Shown in pieces: positions 1 through 13,500 of a stretch of 64,000 nt of DNA; the stretch's first letter is position 1; each line of letters starts with the position of its first letter. Under the pieces are notes generated by a model, which was given only the letters and a program-made list of their open reading frames with translations, was not told the DNA's origin and did not search any database. Source of the stretch: Gekko japonicus (taxonomy: Eukaryota); the NCBI RefSeq assembly GCF_001447785.1, contig NW_015172014.1:268868-332867 (forward strand), given 5' to 3'. Position numbers and translations under genes: made by a program.

Positions 1-280
1 GGGGGAGGAGCAAAGGGTTGGGGTTCAGACTGTGGTTGGTGGGAGCCGCGGGATGGAACCTGGGGAGGGCAGGGACCTTAGGAGGGCGTCATGCTGCAGG
101 ATCCACCCTCTGAACCTGCCATTGTCTAACGGGGAGGAAGGGGCTCCGGGGGGGGGAGGAGCAAAGGGTTGGGGTTCAGACTGTGGTTGGTGGGAGCCGC
201 GGGATGGAACCTGGGGAGGGCAGGGACCTTAGGAGGGCGTCATGCTGCAGGATCCACCCTCTGAACCTGCCATTGTCTCC
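1..280 (+). repeat. 151-bp period tandem duplication within a repeat element
   Basis: 1-128 recurs at 152-279. Confidence 0.88.
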
Positions 281-373
281 GAGGGGGGGATCTGACCTCT
301 GTAGTCTGGGGATCAGCTGTAATTCCAGGAGGTCGCCAGCTGGAGGTTGGCAACCTTCAGACGGACGCCAGAC

Positions 374-582
374 GAGTGTTCCCTCTAAGCTGAGGTAGTG
401 GGAGCCAGCTCCCAGTTTTTTAGCCTCCGGCTCACGCGTGTTTGTCTCAGCTCAGGAAGGAGGACTCCAGAAGAGCAAACTGATTTATGCAGGAGCCAAG
501 TTGCTCACTCACAGCTTTAATGCCAGTCGCTCACAAAGTAGTATTCTTGCTCACAAGACTCCACAGCTTAGAGGGAGCATTG
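374..582. mobile_element. ~205-bp hAT-type MITE family A (TIR CAGTGTTCCCTCTAAGCTG)
   Basis: TIRs plus degenerate 8-bp TSD cgccagac/ctccagac. Confidence 0.8.
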
Positions 583-1507
583 CTCCAGACACCGGCTGGA
601 GGTTGGCAACCGTAGTCGAGGTAGTGATGGTCACGCGCGTAAATGGCTTTCCCAGGCGGTCAGACAGATTCCTGGAGGGGAGGATCCATCCGTGGCTACT
701 AGGCACATTGACTCAGGGGAGCCTCCAGATCCAGAGGCAGTCAACCACTGGATCCCAGTGTTGGGAGGCCACATCAGGAGAGGGCCTTTGTGCCCTGTTG
801 TTTGGCTCTTTGTCTGAAACAGAATCCTGGATTTGATAGATCTCTGGTCAAATTCAGGAGTGCTATTCTGAAGCCCTCATTATTGCATTTTTTAAAAATT
901 GGACATTCACCCCTAGTATATTATAGTTGCCTTGGGCTGCAAATGTGGGAGAGGTCTGTAAGGTACAATAAAGGGGAACCAGGAGGCCGGAATCATTGGG
1001 GGTCAGAGAGGTGGTCAGGGAAGAACGACCAAAGGGTGCCGTTCTAAGAGCGCTTTCCTGGGAGGAAGCCCCCTTGAATAAAGCGAGACTTATCTCTGGG
1101 TAGGCCTGCTTAGGTTTGCTCCCATAGTGGGAGCAAAATTCTACTTTGTGAGCGCCTGGCATTCAAGTTGTGAGCGAGCGATTTGGCTGCTGCATAAATC
1201 AGTTTGCTCTGGAGCCCCATCCTTCCCGAGCTAAGACAAAAAATGTGTGAGCCGGAGGCTAAAAAATGATGAGCTAGGTCATACCAGCTCAGCTTAGATG
1301 GAACACTGGTGGAGAGGGATAAGAGGCTTTAAGATGCAGGGGAAATTTCAAGGTGAGGGGGGAATGGAAGAACCCAGGGCTTGGGGAGAGGGAGGCCGGT
1401 GGAGGATCGCACAGGGCAGGAAGAGGATATTAAGAGGCTCAGAGAAAGACAGGCTTTTTTTGGGGGGGGTGTCATTTGGTAGCTCATCTCTTCTCCCTCC
1501 ATGACAG

Positions 1508-1568
1508 ACTCCATCAGCTGCGAAGGCCGGACCTTGCTCAAGAGCTTTGTGGCTGCCTCAGCGCAAAG
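1508..1568 (+). CDS. ELP5: ELP5 coding exon ([20 protein letters not shown])
   Basis: gacag| acceptor and |gtgggt donor; 61 nt; similar to human DSVEWEGRSLLKALV. Confidence 0.85.
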
Positions 1569-4500
1569 GTGGGTGGGAACTGTGAGCTCTAGATGCCTTT
1601 GGGGAATCCCGCACAGCGTCAGTCCTGTCCAATGTTCCCTCTAAGCTGTGGAGTCTTGTGAGCAAAAATTCTACTCTGTGAGCTACTGGCATTAAAGTTG
1701 TGAGTGAGCGATTTGGCTCCTGCATACATTAATTTGCTTTGGAGTCATCATTCCTGAGCTAAGACAAAAATGTGTGAGCCGGAGGCTAAAAAACTGTGAG
1801 CTGGCTCACACTAACTTGGCTTAGAGGGAACACTGGTCCTGTCCCCTGATCAGCACATGAGCCCAGCCCTGCCCCCCTTGCTAGTTTGACCTGGGGAGTC
1901 CACTAGTTTTGACCTTTAAAGCCCTATATGGTCAGGGGCCTGCCTACCTGAGGGACCGCCTTTCCCCATATATCCCCCAAAGAGCACTGAGAGTCAGGGT
2001 CGCAAAATCGCCTGACTCTCCCTGGTCCGAAAGATGCCAGATTGGCCATCACCAGAGCTAGGGCCTTCTAAGTGGCGGCTCCACACTGGTGGAACGAGCT
2101 CCCGGAAGAGCTCAGGGCCCTGCGGGACCTCTTCCACTTCTGCAGGGCCTGTAAAACGGAGCTCTTCCACCAGGCCTTCGATTAGGAATGAGCTATTAAA
2201 AACTGAACTGCTATGGCCCTGATGCTATTGGCATTAAGTACAACCATGGATATTGGTTTAGCTATGTTGGACCACCGTACAGCAATCGCCGTCTGCACTT
2301 AATTGCACTTTGTATGTGTATTGTTGTTACATGAATTTTATAGTATTTCACTTATGTATTTGTGTTTTATTGTGTTTCAACCTGTTGTACGCCGTCTTGA
2401 GCCTGCCTGTGCAGGAAAGGCGGGCTATAAATCTAAAATAGTAAATAAATAAATAGATCACCTGAGTAGAGAATTTTCTCCTGGCTCTCCTGATGATGTT
2501 TGAGGAGACAGAAAAAGGGTGGATTTAGACACCTGTTAGCGGTTCTTATTTAAGCTCTTCTGTTGCATAACCTGGCTATCAGAAAGCGATGGTTTTCCAG
2601 TTCAGGACACCTGGGTCTTCCCTGTTCCTGCAAGCAAGGCTGGGTGGAGGCAACTTTGCTACTGCAAGCATCTCCCCCCCCCCCCTGGTTCTCCCCCCTC
2701 CCCTGTCTCCCCTCCCCCCAGGTCAAAACAGCCCCACATGGACCGAAGCCCTTTCGGCCTCTGTGTCCTTAATCTCTTCCTGCCCTTGCCGTATCGAACT
2801 GCCCTACCTACCCCGTCTCTCGCCTGCCTGCACAGTCACCTCCCGCCTTTTTTCCTTCCTTCCTTTAGGGGGGAATCTGTTCATGTCCTCAGCTTCGACA
2901 TCCCAGAGGAAGAATTCAAGGCAGGATTCTCCGCCGCAGTCACCTCCCAGTGAGTTTCTCTCCCTCCTCCCCAACAGCTGTTTCGAGCTTCCTGCACGCT
3001 TCGGTGGTGACTGAGAAAAGCCCGGCTGGCTCAGGCAGATGTTCTCCAGGCTAAACAGCGTGGGAGTTTTGAAAACATCCCTGTCCGTCCTTTAACTGCC
3101 CATAGTGGCCTGTTTTGGTCCCTCTGCCGGTGTGGTCTGGCTGCTAACCTGATCACCGTCCTGGTTCGCTTGCACTTGAGGCCTTGGGACTCCTTCTGTT
3201 GCTGGGAGGGTTGCGTCAGTGCTTAGTGCTTGTGGCCCTTACACACTCAGGGAAATGCTGGTCGCCATTTTGGGATCAGGAAGCAATTGTTCTCCAGGCC
3301 AGTTTGGCCAGGGATCCTGGATGGTCGTCCCTCCCCTTTCTGGGCATAGAGCAGGGATCACTGGGGGCATGGGGGGGGGAGGTATTTGTGAATTGCCTGC
3401 AGTGTGCAGGGGGTTGGACTAGATGACTCTGGAGGTCCCTTCCAACTCTATGATTCTATGATTAGGAACAGTCGGAGGACCGATTTCTTTTGATGTTCTT
3501 CCGTCAGTAGACAGACCTTGCTCAGCCCAATGCACACCTTGTCATTTATTCACAATGAATGTTTTGATTTCGGAGGGCAGCCGTGCTGGTCTGCAGTAGA
3601 AGAGGTGGATTCGAGTCCCGCAGCACCTCAGAGACCAACCAGGTTTTCAGAGCGTGAGCTTTTGAGAGTCAGAGCTCCCTTTGCCAGATACAAGCTGGAA
3701 GGGAGATCTCTGAGCCCTTATAGAAGGCAGGAGGGGTGTTGCAAAGAAGGAGGGACTCGGGATGCAGAAGTACAAGGCGCATTGATATCAGCGAGGTTAA
3801 GGCAGAGGAGAAACGCTGTGGGGGTAGGAAACACATACCTGTAGTCAGACAGGTGGGAGGACAGTCTTCCAGGTCATCCTGTTGCTGACCTAGGAGTGGC
3901 AGTACTCAAACAGAGAAGCTTCAAGAGGAGATTACAATGTGAGATCTCGGGTTCAGTATGATAGACTTCCCCAGGGATGAATGGGGACACAGGGTATTTA
4001 TCTCCCCTCTTGTAATCAAGATGATTGCATTCTGCATTAAGAACTTCAGAAGAGCCCTGCTGGATCAGAGCAGGGAGGGTCCATCTAGTCCAGCACACAG
4101 ACACCAACCAGTTCCTCTGGAGGGCCAGCAACAGGGCATAGAGGCCGAGGCCTCCCCCTGATAAGAACATTGGAAAAGCCCTGTTGTATCAGAGCAGTGA
4201 GAGTCCATCCAGTCAAGCATCCTGTCTCACACAGAGGCCAACCAGTTCCTCTGGAGAGCCAGCAGCAGGGCATGGAGGCTGAGGCCTTCCCCTGATGTTG
4301 CTTCCTGGTTCTGGTGTTCAGACGATTAGTGCCTCTGAATGGGGAGGTTCCTTTCAGTCACCGTGGCCAGTAGCCACTGATAGACCTGTTTAGAGATGTA
4401 AAATTTCCGGAAATTTTGAAGCTCGGAAAAAAACGGAAATTTTTGGAAAAATTAAAAAAATGCTACATTAGCATTTCTTTTGTCTTTTCTAGATTGAAAG

Positions 4501-7500
4501 TCATTCTGTTACTTTAGGAACATAAAATATACGGACATTTTTACTTGGCATGAAATTATCACAACTAGCATATTAAAAATATAGTGTATCCAAACAATTA
4601 TTTCAAACAGAATACCCACCCACATGCAAAAACAAAACTTTTTTATTTTCTTCTGACAATTGCACCTCCTAAAGGAAGAAATGCATCTTGTTCTTGCATT
4701 GGAGGGTTCAGTTTGTAACCTAGGACTTGCTTGTCCTCAGTGCACAGAAATTAGATCAATCTGATACCATATATATATATTTTAGAAATGATTTGGAAAA
4801 TATTTGAACACCTTGTCTTAAAATATTTTATTCGTCGTGTTAAAATAAAATGTTCCATAATCAATTTTTTCTTCTTTTTTCAATTTTTCGGAAAAAAACC
4901 AAAAAGGCTTCAGGGAAAAAAACGGAAAAAAAGTTTTTCCCCGAATTTTTCTGGTTTTTCCCCGGGCCTTCACATCTCTAGACCTGTCCTCAATAAGTCT
5001 GCCTGGACCCCCTCCCTTTTTTTTTTTTGAAAATGTTATTGTTTTTCCATACTACACACAACAACTATAGGTTAAGATTATGCTAATGAGTTCCCCTAGC
5101 TCTTTTTCTACGAAATGACCCCTGACTATAACTATGGGAAATGGGAAAAGGACGAACTAATCTATACAACTACTTGATGGGGGAAGGAAACTACCATTCT
5201 AAATTACTTCATCTACTGGATTTGGGGGAAGGGAAAAGACTAATACATGTCACGATCTGGTTAACTAGACGTAAAGCTGTCTATTCCTGTGGCCATCACG
5301 ACATCCTCGAGCAGCAAATTCCACATTTTAGTCACTCTCTGTGTGAGGAAGTATTTCCTCCTGCATCTAGACTCCCGTCATTGCAACACGCCTTCCATCT
5401 TGGGTTGTTGTCGGTAGTCATTAAGGACTGTTGTCTCAGGTTGCTGTACCATGATGGCTTTCGGGATCCCCTCGGCTGGACCGGGCAGGGCGGTGGCCTG
5501 GCCCTGGGTGACTTTGCATCCTCGGAACTGGTGGCCCGGCTGGCAGCGGCGACACGGGGACCCTCCACCATCGTGCTGGACTCGCTCAGCTGGCTGCTCC
5601 TTCGCTTGCCGTTTCCTCTCGTCTGCCAGGTCCTTGCGCAGCTGCCCAGGAGGGCAAAGGTAGCAGGTGAGATCCAGACGAGCAGAGGGCAAGGCTGCAG
5701 TGGGGAGAGAACGGTGGCGCATCTAGACTCCCGTCTTTGCAACATGCCTTCCATCTTGGGTTGTTGTGGGTAGTAATGAAGAACTGTCGTCTCAGGCTGC
5801 TGTACCATGATGGCTTTCGGGATCCCCTCGGCTGGACCGGGCAGGGCGGTGGCCTGGCCCTGGGTGACTTTGCATCCTCGGAACTGGTGGCCCGGCTGGC
5901 AGCGGCGACACGGGGACCCTCCACCGTCGTGCTGGACTCGCTCAGCTGGCTGCTCCTTCGCTTGCCGTTTCCTCTCGTCTGCCAGGTCCTTGCGCAGCTG
6001 CCCAGGAGGGCAAAGGTAGCAGGTGAGATCCAGACGAGCAGAGGGCAAGGCTGCAGTGGGGAGAGAACGGTGGAGACTTCGTCACGCCCCCCCACGCCAC
6101 CCGGTCTCAGGTTATCCTCTTAACGGGGGCTGTTGTCTAAGTAGCACTCTGCAGCAGGGTTCCCCAACATGCGGCCCATGGGCACCGTGCGGTCTTCCGA
6201 CGCCTCTCTTGGTGCCCACCAAGTGCTTTAGAATGTGGGTGGAGCCAAATGAGGCTTTTGCCCAGCAAGGCTTCTGATTGGCTGTGCAGATTTTTTAAAA
6301 TGTTGCTTTGAAGAAGAAGAGGAAGAGATTGGATTTATACCCCGCCCTTCACTACCCGAAGGAGTCTCAGAGCGGCTTGCAATCCCATTCCCTTCCTCTC
6401 CCTACAACAGGCACCCTATGAGTTAGGTGGGGCTGAGAGAGCTCTTTGGAGAACTACTCTGGAGAGAACGGCTCTGAAAGAACTTGTGGCTGACCCAAGG
6501 TCACACCAGCATTTGCATGTGGAGGAGTGGGGAATCAAACCCGGTTCTCCCAGATTAGAATATGCACAGCAGGTGCTCCCACAGCACAAGACACTTCACA
6601 GGGTGGCTGAAGAAAGCCGTGGCAGCCATTTTGTGTCTACGTCCTCCACGCTGTGTCAGAATTTCCAAAGGTGCCCCTAGGCTCAGAAAGGTTGGGGGAC
6701 TCTTCCTCTACAGACGTAGAGGATGGTATGGCCAGGCCCAGGACTCTAGGGTTCCTCTAAAGGAAAACTGAATGATAAGGAGGCATCGTTTCCAGCAGTG
6801 CGAATCAACAAGCCATGAATGCCTCTGAGCACGTAGAGAGTGCCTGAGTAACCACTGCCCGCACACGTCTGGGATTAGCGTGAGAGCGGGCATGGTGTAG
6901 TGGTAGAGTGTCTGGTTAGGACCTGGGAGGCCCAGGTTCGAATCCCCACTCTGCCATAGAAGCTTGCTGGGTGATCTTGGGCCAGTCACAAACTCTCAGC
7001 CTCACCTACCTCACAGGGTTGTTGTGAGGATAAAATGGAGGAGAGGAGAACGCCGCTTTGGGTCTCCATTGGTGAGAAAGGCAGGGTATAAATGGAGTAA
7101 ATGAATAAATTAGGGCAGGAGTCTTCTAGGTCAGATCCCAGGCTTGAGAAGAAGCGGAGGAGGAGACTGGGTTTTACCCCACCCTTCACTACCCGAAGGA
7201 GTCTCAAAGCAGCTGACAAATTCCTTTCCATTCCCCCTCCCCACAACAGACACCCTGTGAGGTCGGTGGAGCCTAGAGAGCTCTGACAGAAACTGCTCCT
7301 TTTCAAGGACAGCTCTTATCAGAACTTGTGACTGACCCAAGGTCATCCAGCAGCTGCAAGTGGAGGAGGAGTGGGGAATCAAACCCTGTTCTCCCAGATT
7401 AGAGTCCAAGCTCCTAACCACTACACCAAACTGGTTCACTGTGTTGATCTGCCAAAATGAATTCCTGTTAGGAATTTCTGTACTTCCGCAGGAGGAGCTT

Positions 7501-10500
7501 TGTGGGACGAGGGGTCTGTATCCTGTGGTGGAGAGATGCTCCGTGAGAAGGAATCCGTCCTAAAGCAGTCCGTGGTGGGGCTCAGAGGTGCTTGAAAATC
7601 CCCCTCTTGGGCCTTGGGAAATTTGTACTTCTCCTGTTTCGAAGGGGTAATATTATATGTCGAGATGCCAGGGTTATTGGGGGTGTGTAGACGGGGGACA
7701 GCAGGAGTGTGTAAGTTCTGGCCTCTGTGCCTTTGAGATGGGCCTTCTGGGGCGTCAGTCTAGACCGGACGAACCTTTGTTCTGTTGTGCCTGTTGTGGG
7801 GAGGGGAAGGGAAAGGAGTCTGTAAGCCGCTCTGAGACTCCAAGTGAAGGGCAGGGTATAAATCCAGTCTCTTCTTCTTCTTCTGATTCGGGAGAGCGGC
7901 CCTGACATTGCTGGCCCACCCGATTCCAGCTGGGCTTGTGTAGGGGAAGCTGCCGCCAAGGAGCACAGCTGACAGGTCGTTCCTGACACTCCTCTCCTTG
8001 GTAGGCCTGAAAATCACTCGGATCGTGGCCCTCCTTCATGGCGATCTGCACCAGCTGGGCCAGCTAGAGGCCCTCCACACCTTGGCCCGCGTCGTGGTGA
8101 AAGTCGCGCCAGCGCCAGAGGCCGTGCCGGGAGGGGACGGAGCCGCCCGTGTAGCTGCTACACTGCACAAGAAACGGGGAGGCAAAGTGATGCAGAAGGT
8201 GAGGGCTGCGGTAATGCCGGAGTCACCATATCCCCTCTTCTTCTTCTTCTTCTTCTTCTTCTTCGTCTTCGTCTTCGTCTTCTTCTTCTTATTATTATTA
8301 TTATTATTATTATTTTCGATTTATAGCCCGCCCTCCCCGCAAAAGCGGGCTCAGGTCGGGTCACAGACAGGCATACGCCCACACATAAAAACATTTTAAA
8401 AACCATTTAAACATTATATGACATTACAAAATTACATATATAAAGCGCTCCAGATATTCCACAAAGATGACGAACTTACTGCTGCTCTACTAGCTCAGTG
8501 TCCTCTGTTCCGGACAATGCCGGCGTTCTTTCCTCCAGGGCCAGGTAATGATGGTACCATAGTGGCGGCTCCTACTCAAACACCTGGCGGAAGAGCTCCG
8601 TCTTGCAGGCCCTGCAGAACTGCATTAAGTCCCGCAGGGCCCTGATCTCCTCCGGGAGCTTGTTCCACCAGGTAGGAGCCGCCACCGAAAAAGCCCTGGC
8701 CCTGGTAATGGCCAGCCTGATCTCCTTCGGGCCTGGTATTACCAGGAGATGTTTCGCACCCGACTGTAGCTGAGGGGGAGGGACACATTCTTGGCTGTGG
8801 TTGGCATGAGAGGCGATTGGCGTCCCTCCTGGCCCACGCTGCTGCCGGCTGAGTTCAACCTTGGGCTCTGCCTGGGCCTGGTTGGTCACGATGCGGGACC
8901 AGGAAGGGATGTGGATACCTTGACTGGGTTAACAAACTACTTCGAACTGGTGTCCCTCAAAGCTGCCATAGCAAGGCCTGGATTTGAACCTGGGCCAGGC
9001 TTCCTCCTTGAAAGGTTTACCATCGTAGGGCTCGTGCTTTGACGCAAGGCCGTTCAGGGGCCTGTGTTTCCGCTCCCGTGGTGGTGACATCAATCAAGAC
9101 CCAGCAGAGGTCATTCGGGAGTAGCAGGTGACTCTTCCAAATGCTGGACATGGTGGCTTTCTCAGAGACCTCTCAGCTCCTGAGGCAGAGCAAGGACATT
9201 AGAAAGCTTCTCCTAAATTGCTGGACATGGATGACAGCAAAGAAGAGCAGTGGTTTGACACCCCTCAACATAAGAAGAGCCCTGCTCGATCAGGCCCAGG
9301 GGTCCCATCCAGTGTTCCCTCTGAGATGAGTTAGTGCGAGCCAGCGGAAAGTTTTTTTAGCCTCCGGCTCACACATTTTTGTCTCAGCTCAGGAAGGAGG
9401 GCTCCAGAGCAAACTCATTTATGCCGTAGCCAAATTGCCNNNNNNNNNNNNNNNNNNNNNNNNNNNNNNNNNNNNNNNNNNNNNNNNNNNNNNNNNNNNN
9501 NNNNNNNNNNNNNNNNNNNNNNNNNNNNNNNNNNNNNNNNNNNNNNNNNNNNNNNNNNNNNNNNNNNNNNNNNNNNNNNNNNNNNNNNNNNNNNNNNNNN
9601 NNNNNNNNNNNNNNNNNNNNNNNNNNNNNNNNNNNNTGCTCACCACTTTAATGCCAGTAGCTCACAAAGTAGAATTTTTGCTCACAAGACTCCACGGCTT
9701 AGAGGGAGCATTGGTCTCATCTAGTCCAGCATCCTGCCTCACACAGTGGCCAACCAGTTGCTCTGGATCGCCAACAAGAGGGCAGAGAGGCCTTCATGAG
9801 TATATAAGAGCCCTCTTGGATCAGACCAGTGGGGGTCCATCTAGTCCAGCCTCCTGCCTCACACCGTGGCCAACCAGTTGCTCTGGAGGACCAACAACAG
9901 GGCAGAGAGGCCTTCATAAGTATATAAGAGCCCTCTTGGATCAGACCAGTTGGGGTCCATCTAGTCCAGCATCCTGCCTCACACAGTGGCCAACCAGTTC
10001 CTCTGGAGGAACAACAACATGGCAGAGAGGCCTTCATAAGTATATAAGAGCCCTCTTGGATCAGACCAGTTGGGGTCCATCTAGTCCAGCATCCTGCCTC
10101 ACACAGTGGCCAACCAGTTCCTCTGGAGGAACAACAACATGGCAGAGAGGCCTTCATGAGTATATAAGAGCCCTCTTGGATCAGACCAGTGGGGGTCCAT
10201 CTAGTCCAGCCTCCTGCCTCACACAGCGGCCAACCAGTTGCTCTGGAGCGCCAAGAAGAGGGCAGAGAGGCCTTCATAAGTATATAAGAGCCCTCTTGGA
10301 TCAGACCAGTGGGGGTCCATCTAGTCCAGACTCCTGCCTCACACCGTGGCCAACCAGTTCCCCTGGAGGGACAACAACAGGGCATAGAGGCCGAGGCCTT
10401 CCCCTGACGTTGCCTCCTGGCTCTGGGATTCAGAAGCTGACTGCCTCTGAAGTTGCAGGTTCCCTTTAGTCACCATGGCTAGAAGCCACTGAGAGACCTC

Positions 10501-13500
10501 GCCTCCATGGCCCTGTCTAGTCCCCTTTGAAAGCTCTCTCTGCCTGTGGCCATCACGGCATCCTCTGGCAGCGAAGTCCAGAGCTCTCAGGTGGGCGTTA
10601 ATGTGAGCAGTACAAAAGGCGTAGGCTTTGCTGCCGGAGTGGGTTTGGAGAGGTAGTTAAAGTGAGGGCAAAGGGGACGGGGGTTCCAGACCCCTCCTTA
10701 TCCTCTCTCCCCCTCCCTCATTCAGAGAGAATACTTCGCAGTGCTCCCAAACTGGGTCCTCAAATGCCTCGGCGAGCTACTAGAGGACGGCCTTCCCGGA
10801 GAGGAGGATGCCCAAGTCCCAGCCACGGTACACGCCCTTCCCCTCTCTAATGGACTGCCCCACCTCTGGAAGCATGGGGGTGCCCTGGCTTGCATGGGGG
10901 ACCCTGAGTTGGAGCGATCCATGTTTGGTAGGAAGATGTGGTAGAGGTGGAGTTGGGTGAAGGGGGACTGGGGGGGAAACAGCCGGGTTGGGGGGGGATT
11001 GTTGGCCACAGAGGTCTTTGGAGCGAACAAGACCCTTTGCTAGGAATCATCTCTCCTCTCAGCCGCTCTGTTTGCAGAGCTGAAAGACGTCAGGGCCAAA
11101 CCCAACCAGAAACTCCCCCGACATCGCAGTGGGGAGAAAGGCACCGTGGCACAGGTTGGGAAGTTCTGCCAGTGTCCCCTTCCCCCCCAGGCGAGGCTTG
11201 ACTCCGGCCTCCCTGCTGTCTCCTGCTCTCTGGTAAGTGCCTTTCCCTCTGGGCTCCTTTAGGCGGATCCGGCTGCCAATTTGACTTTTAACCTGCGCCT
11301 GTCGGAGGCTGAACGCCGGGCAAAGGAGGCGGTGCCTCTCCCGTATCAGTTCAGCGAGGAGAAGTGAGTACCTTTAACCCGCCTCCCCCCTTGCTCATAT
11401 TCCCCTCCGGAGTCCTCTGCTTGTCTCCATGCTAGGCTGTGCTGAGACCTTGACCCTTTGCGTCCCCTCCCCTTCCTTTCTAGATCTCTCCTGTCCCCTG
11501 GTTCAGGTCCCTCCCGTCATGGCCTTGCTTAAATGGCCTCAGCCTGTCCTAGCTGTACTATTGGGATAAGAACATAAGGGAAGCCCATGTTGGATCAGGC
11601 CAATGGCCCATCCAGTCCAACACTCTGTGTCACAAAGTGGCCAGAAATACCAGGGGCCATCANNNNNNNNNNNNNNNNNNNNNNNNNNNNNNNNNNNNNN
11701 NNNNNNNNNNNNNNNNNNNNNNNNNNNNNNNNNNNNNNNNNNNNNNNNNNNNNNNNNNNNNNNNNNNNNNNNNNNNNNNNNNNNNNNNNNNNNNNNNNNN
11801 NNNNNNNNNNNNNNNNNNNNNNNNNNNNNNNNNNNNNNNNNGTATTGTGAGAAAGGGAGAAAAGTACCTCTTTCTCGACCTGCTCTATCCTATGCATAAT
11901 CTTATAAACCTCGATCATGTCACCCCTCAGCCGTCGTTTCTCCAAGCTAAAGAGCCCCAAGCACTTTAACCTTTCTTCATAGGGAAAGTGTTCCAACCCT
12001 TTGATCATTCGAGTTGCCCTTTTCTGCACTTTTTCCAATGCTATAATATCCTTTTTGAGGTGTGGTGACCAGAACTGTACGCACTATTCCAAATGAGGTC
12101 GCACCATCGATTTATACAGGGATGGTGCGGGCTGGCTTTCCTTGAACGGCTGCTGTACAGAGTATGTCTAGGTTTGTGTGTGGGTGCTCTCCCCAAAGCT
12201 GCAAGAAGTAGAAACTACTTCCCAAGACCAAGACCTGTGCCCCACCCCCCTAGTGTCTCACTACAGATTGTGTTGCTTCCTGAAGAACCGGGCCATTTGC
12301 TGTGGACATCTTCATTTCAAGGCCTTGGTTCTTCATTGACACTGCTTTGATCCCAGGTTTTGGAGAGTGTTTGTGTGAACACATGCAAACAGCGCAAGGG
12401 GCTTATTCAGGATAACGCACCCTTAGTTTTTGTATTGGCCTCCAGGAATGACAACTGATCCCAGACTACAGAGATTAGCCCCCCTGAAGAAAATGGCTGC
12501 TTCGGGGGACAAAAAAAGGTAAAGGTAAAGGTTTCCCTTGCTCGAAAGCCAGTCAAGTCCGACTCTAGGGTTGCGGTGCTCATCTCCGTTTCAAAGCCGA
12601 AGAGCCAGCGCTGTCCGAGGATGTTTCCGTGGTTATGTGGCCAGCATGACTAAACACCAAGGCGCACGGAACGCTGTTCCCTTCCCACCGAAGTGGTACC
12701 TATTTATCGGCTTGCAATTTCTTTCTTTCGACCCCTAGTGTCTCACTACAGATTGTGTTGCTTCCTGAAGAACCGGGCCATTTGCTGTGGACATCTTCAT
12801 TTCAAGGCCTTGGTTCTTCATTGACACTGCTTTGATTCCAGGTTTTGGAGAGTGCTTGTGTGAACACATGCAAACAGCGCGAGGGGCTTATTCAGGATAA
12901 CGCACCGCATATACATCCGTACACATCTCACAGGTCCCTGTGTTTTTGTCATGCATAAGGACAGTGGTAAGGGCAGTTGTGGGGGAATGCCAGACCTGCT
13001 CTCCTTCGTCATGTATGTAGCTGTCCTTCTTGAGGGTGAACAGAGGTGATAACAGCATCAGAAGAGCCCTGCTGGATCAGAACAGTGGTCCATCTAGTCC
13101 AGCATCCCATCCCACACAGGAGCCACCCAGTTCCTCTGGAGGTCCAATAACAGAGCTGAGGCCATCCTTTCATGTTGCTTCCTGGCACTGGGATTCAGAG
13201 GTTGACTGCCCCTGAACACGGAGGCTCCCTTCAGTCACCATGGCTTGTAGCCCCTGATAGATGTATCCTCCATTAATCGGTCTAATCCGCTTTTAAAGCC
13301 TTCTATACCTGCGGCCGTCACTGCATCGTCTGGCAGCAAATTCCACATTTTAATCAGTCGCAGTGTAAAGAAGCATCTCCTTTTGTCCATCCTGAATCGA
13401 CTGCCCATCGTCTTCACTGGATGCCCTTGACTCCTAGCAGGGGTCATTTCCTGCCAGAGCGCACTGGAGTGGCGCTCCGGCAGTAAGGAGCCCAGGGGTG

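Larger units (their letters stand above)
5363..6073 (+). repeat. 356-bp tandem duplication containing an ELP5 exon
   Basis: 5363-5717 vs 5719-6073; 9 substitutions counted by eye. Confidence 0.95.

Noticed and set aside
9721-10385. CRISPR-like regular array
   Set aside because: Units are whole-length repeats with no unique spacers, there are no cas genes, and the context is a vertebrate intron.
9435-10469. 344-aa (+) and 222-aa (-) repetitive ORFs
   Set aside because: By-product of a 120-bp (multiple of 3) tandem repeat of CR1 tail sequence plus an N gap; no coding evidence.
11078-11154. Possible poison cassette exon in an ELP5 intron (tttgcag|AGCTGA...ACAG|gttggg)
   Set aside because: Weak donor, no homology and no transcript evidence.
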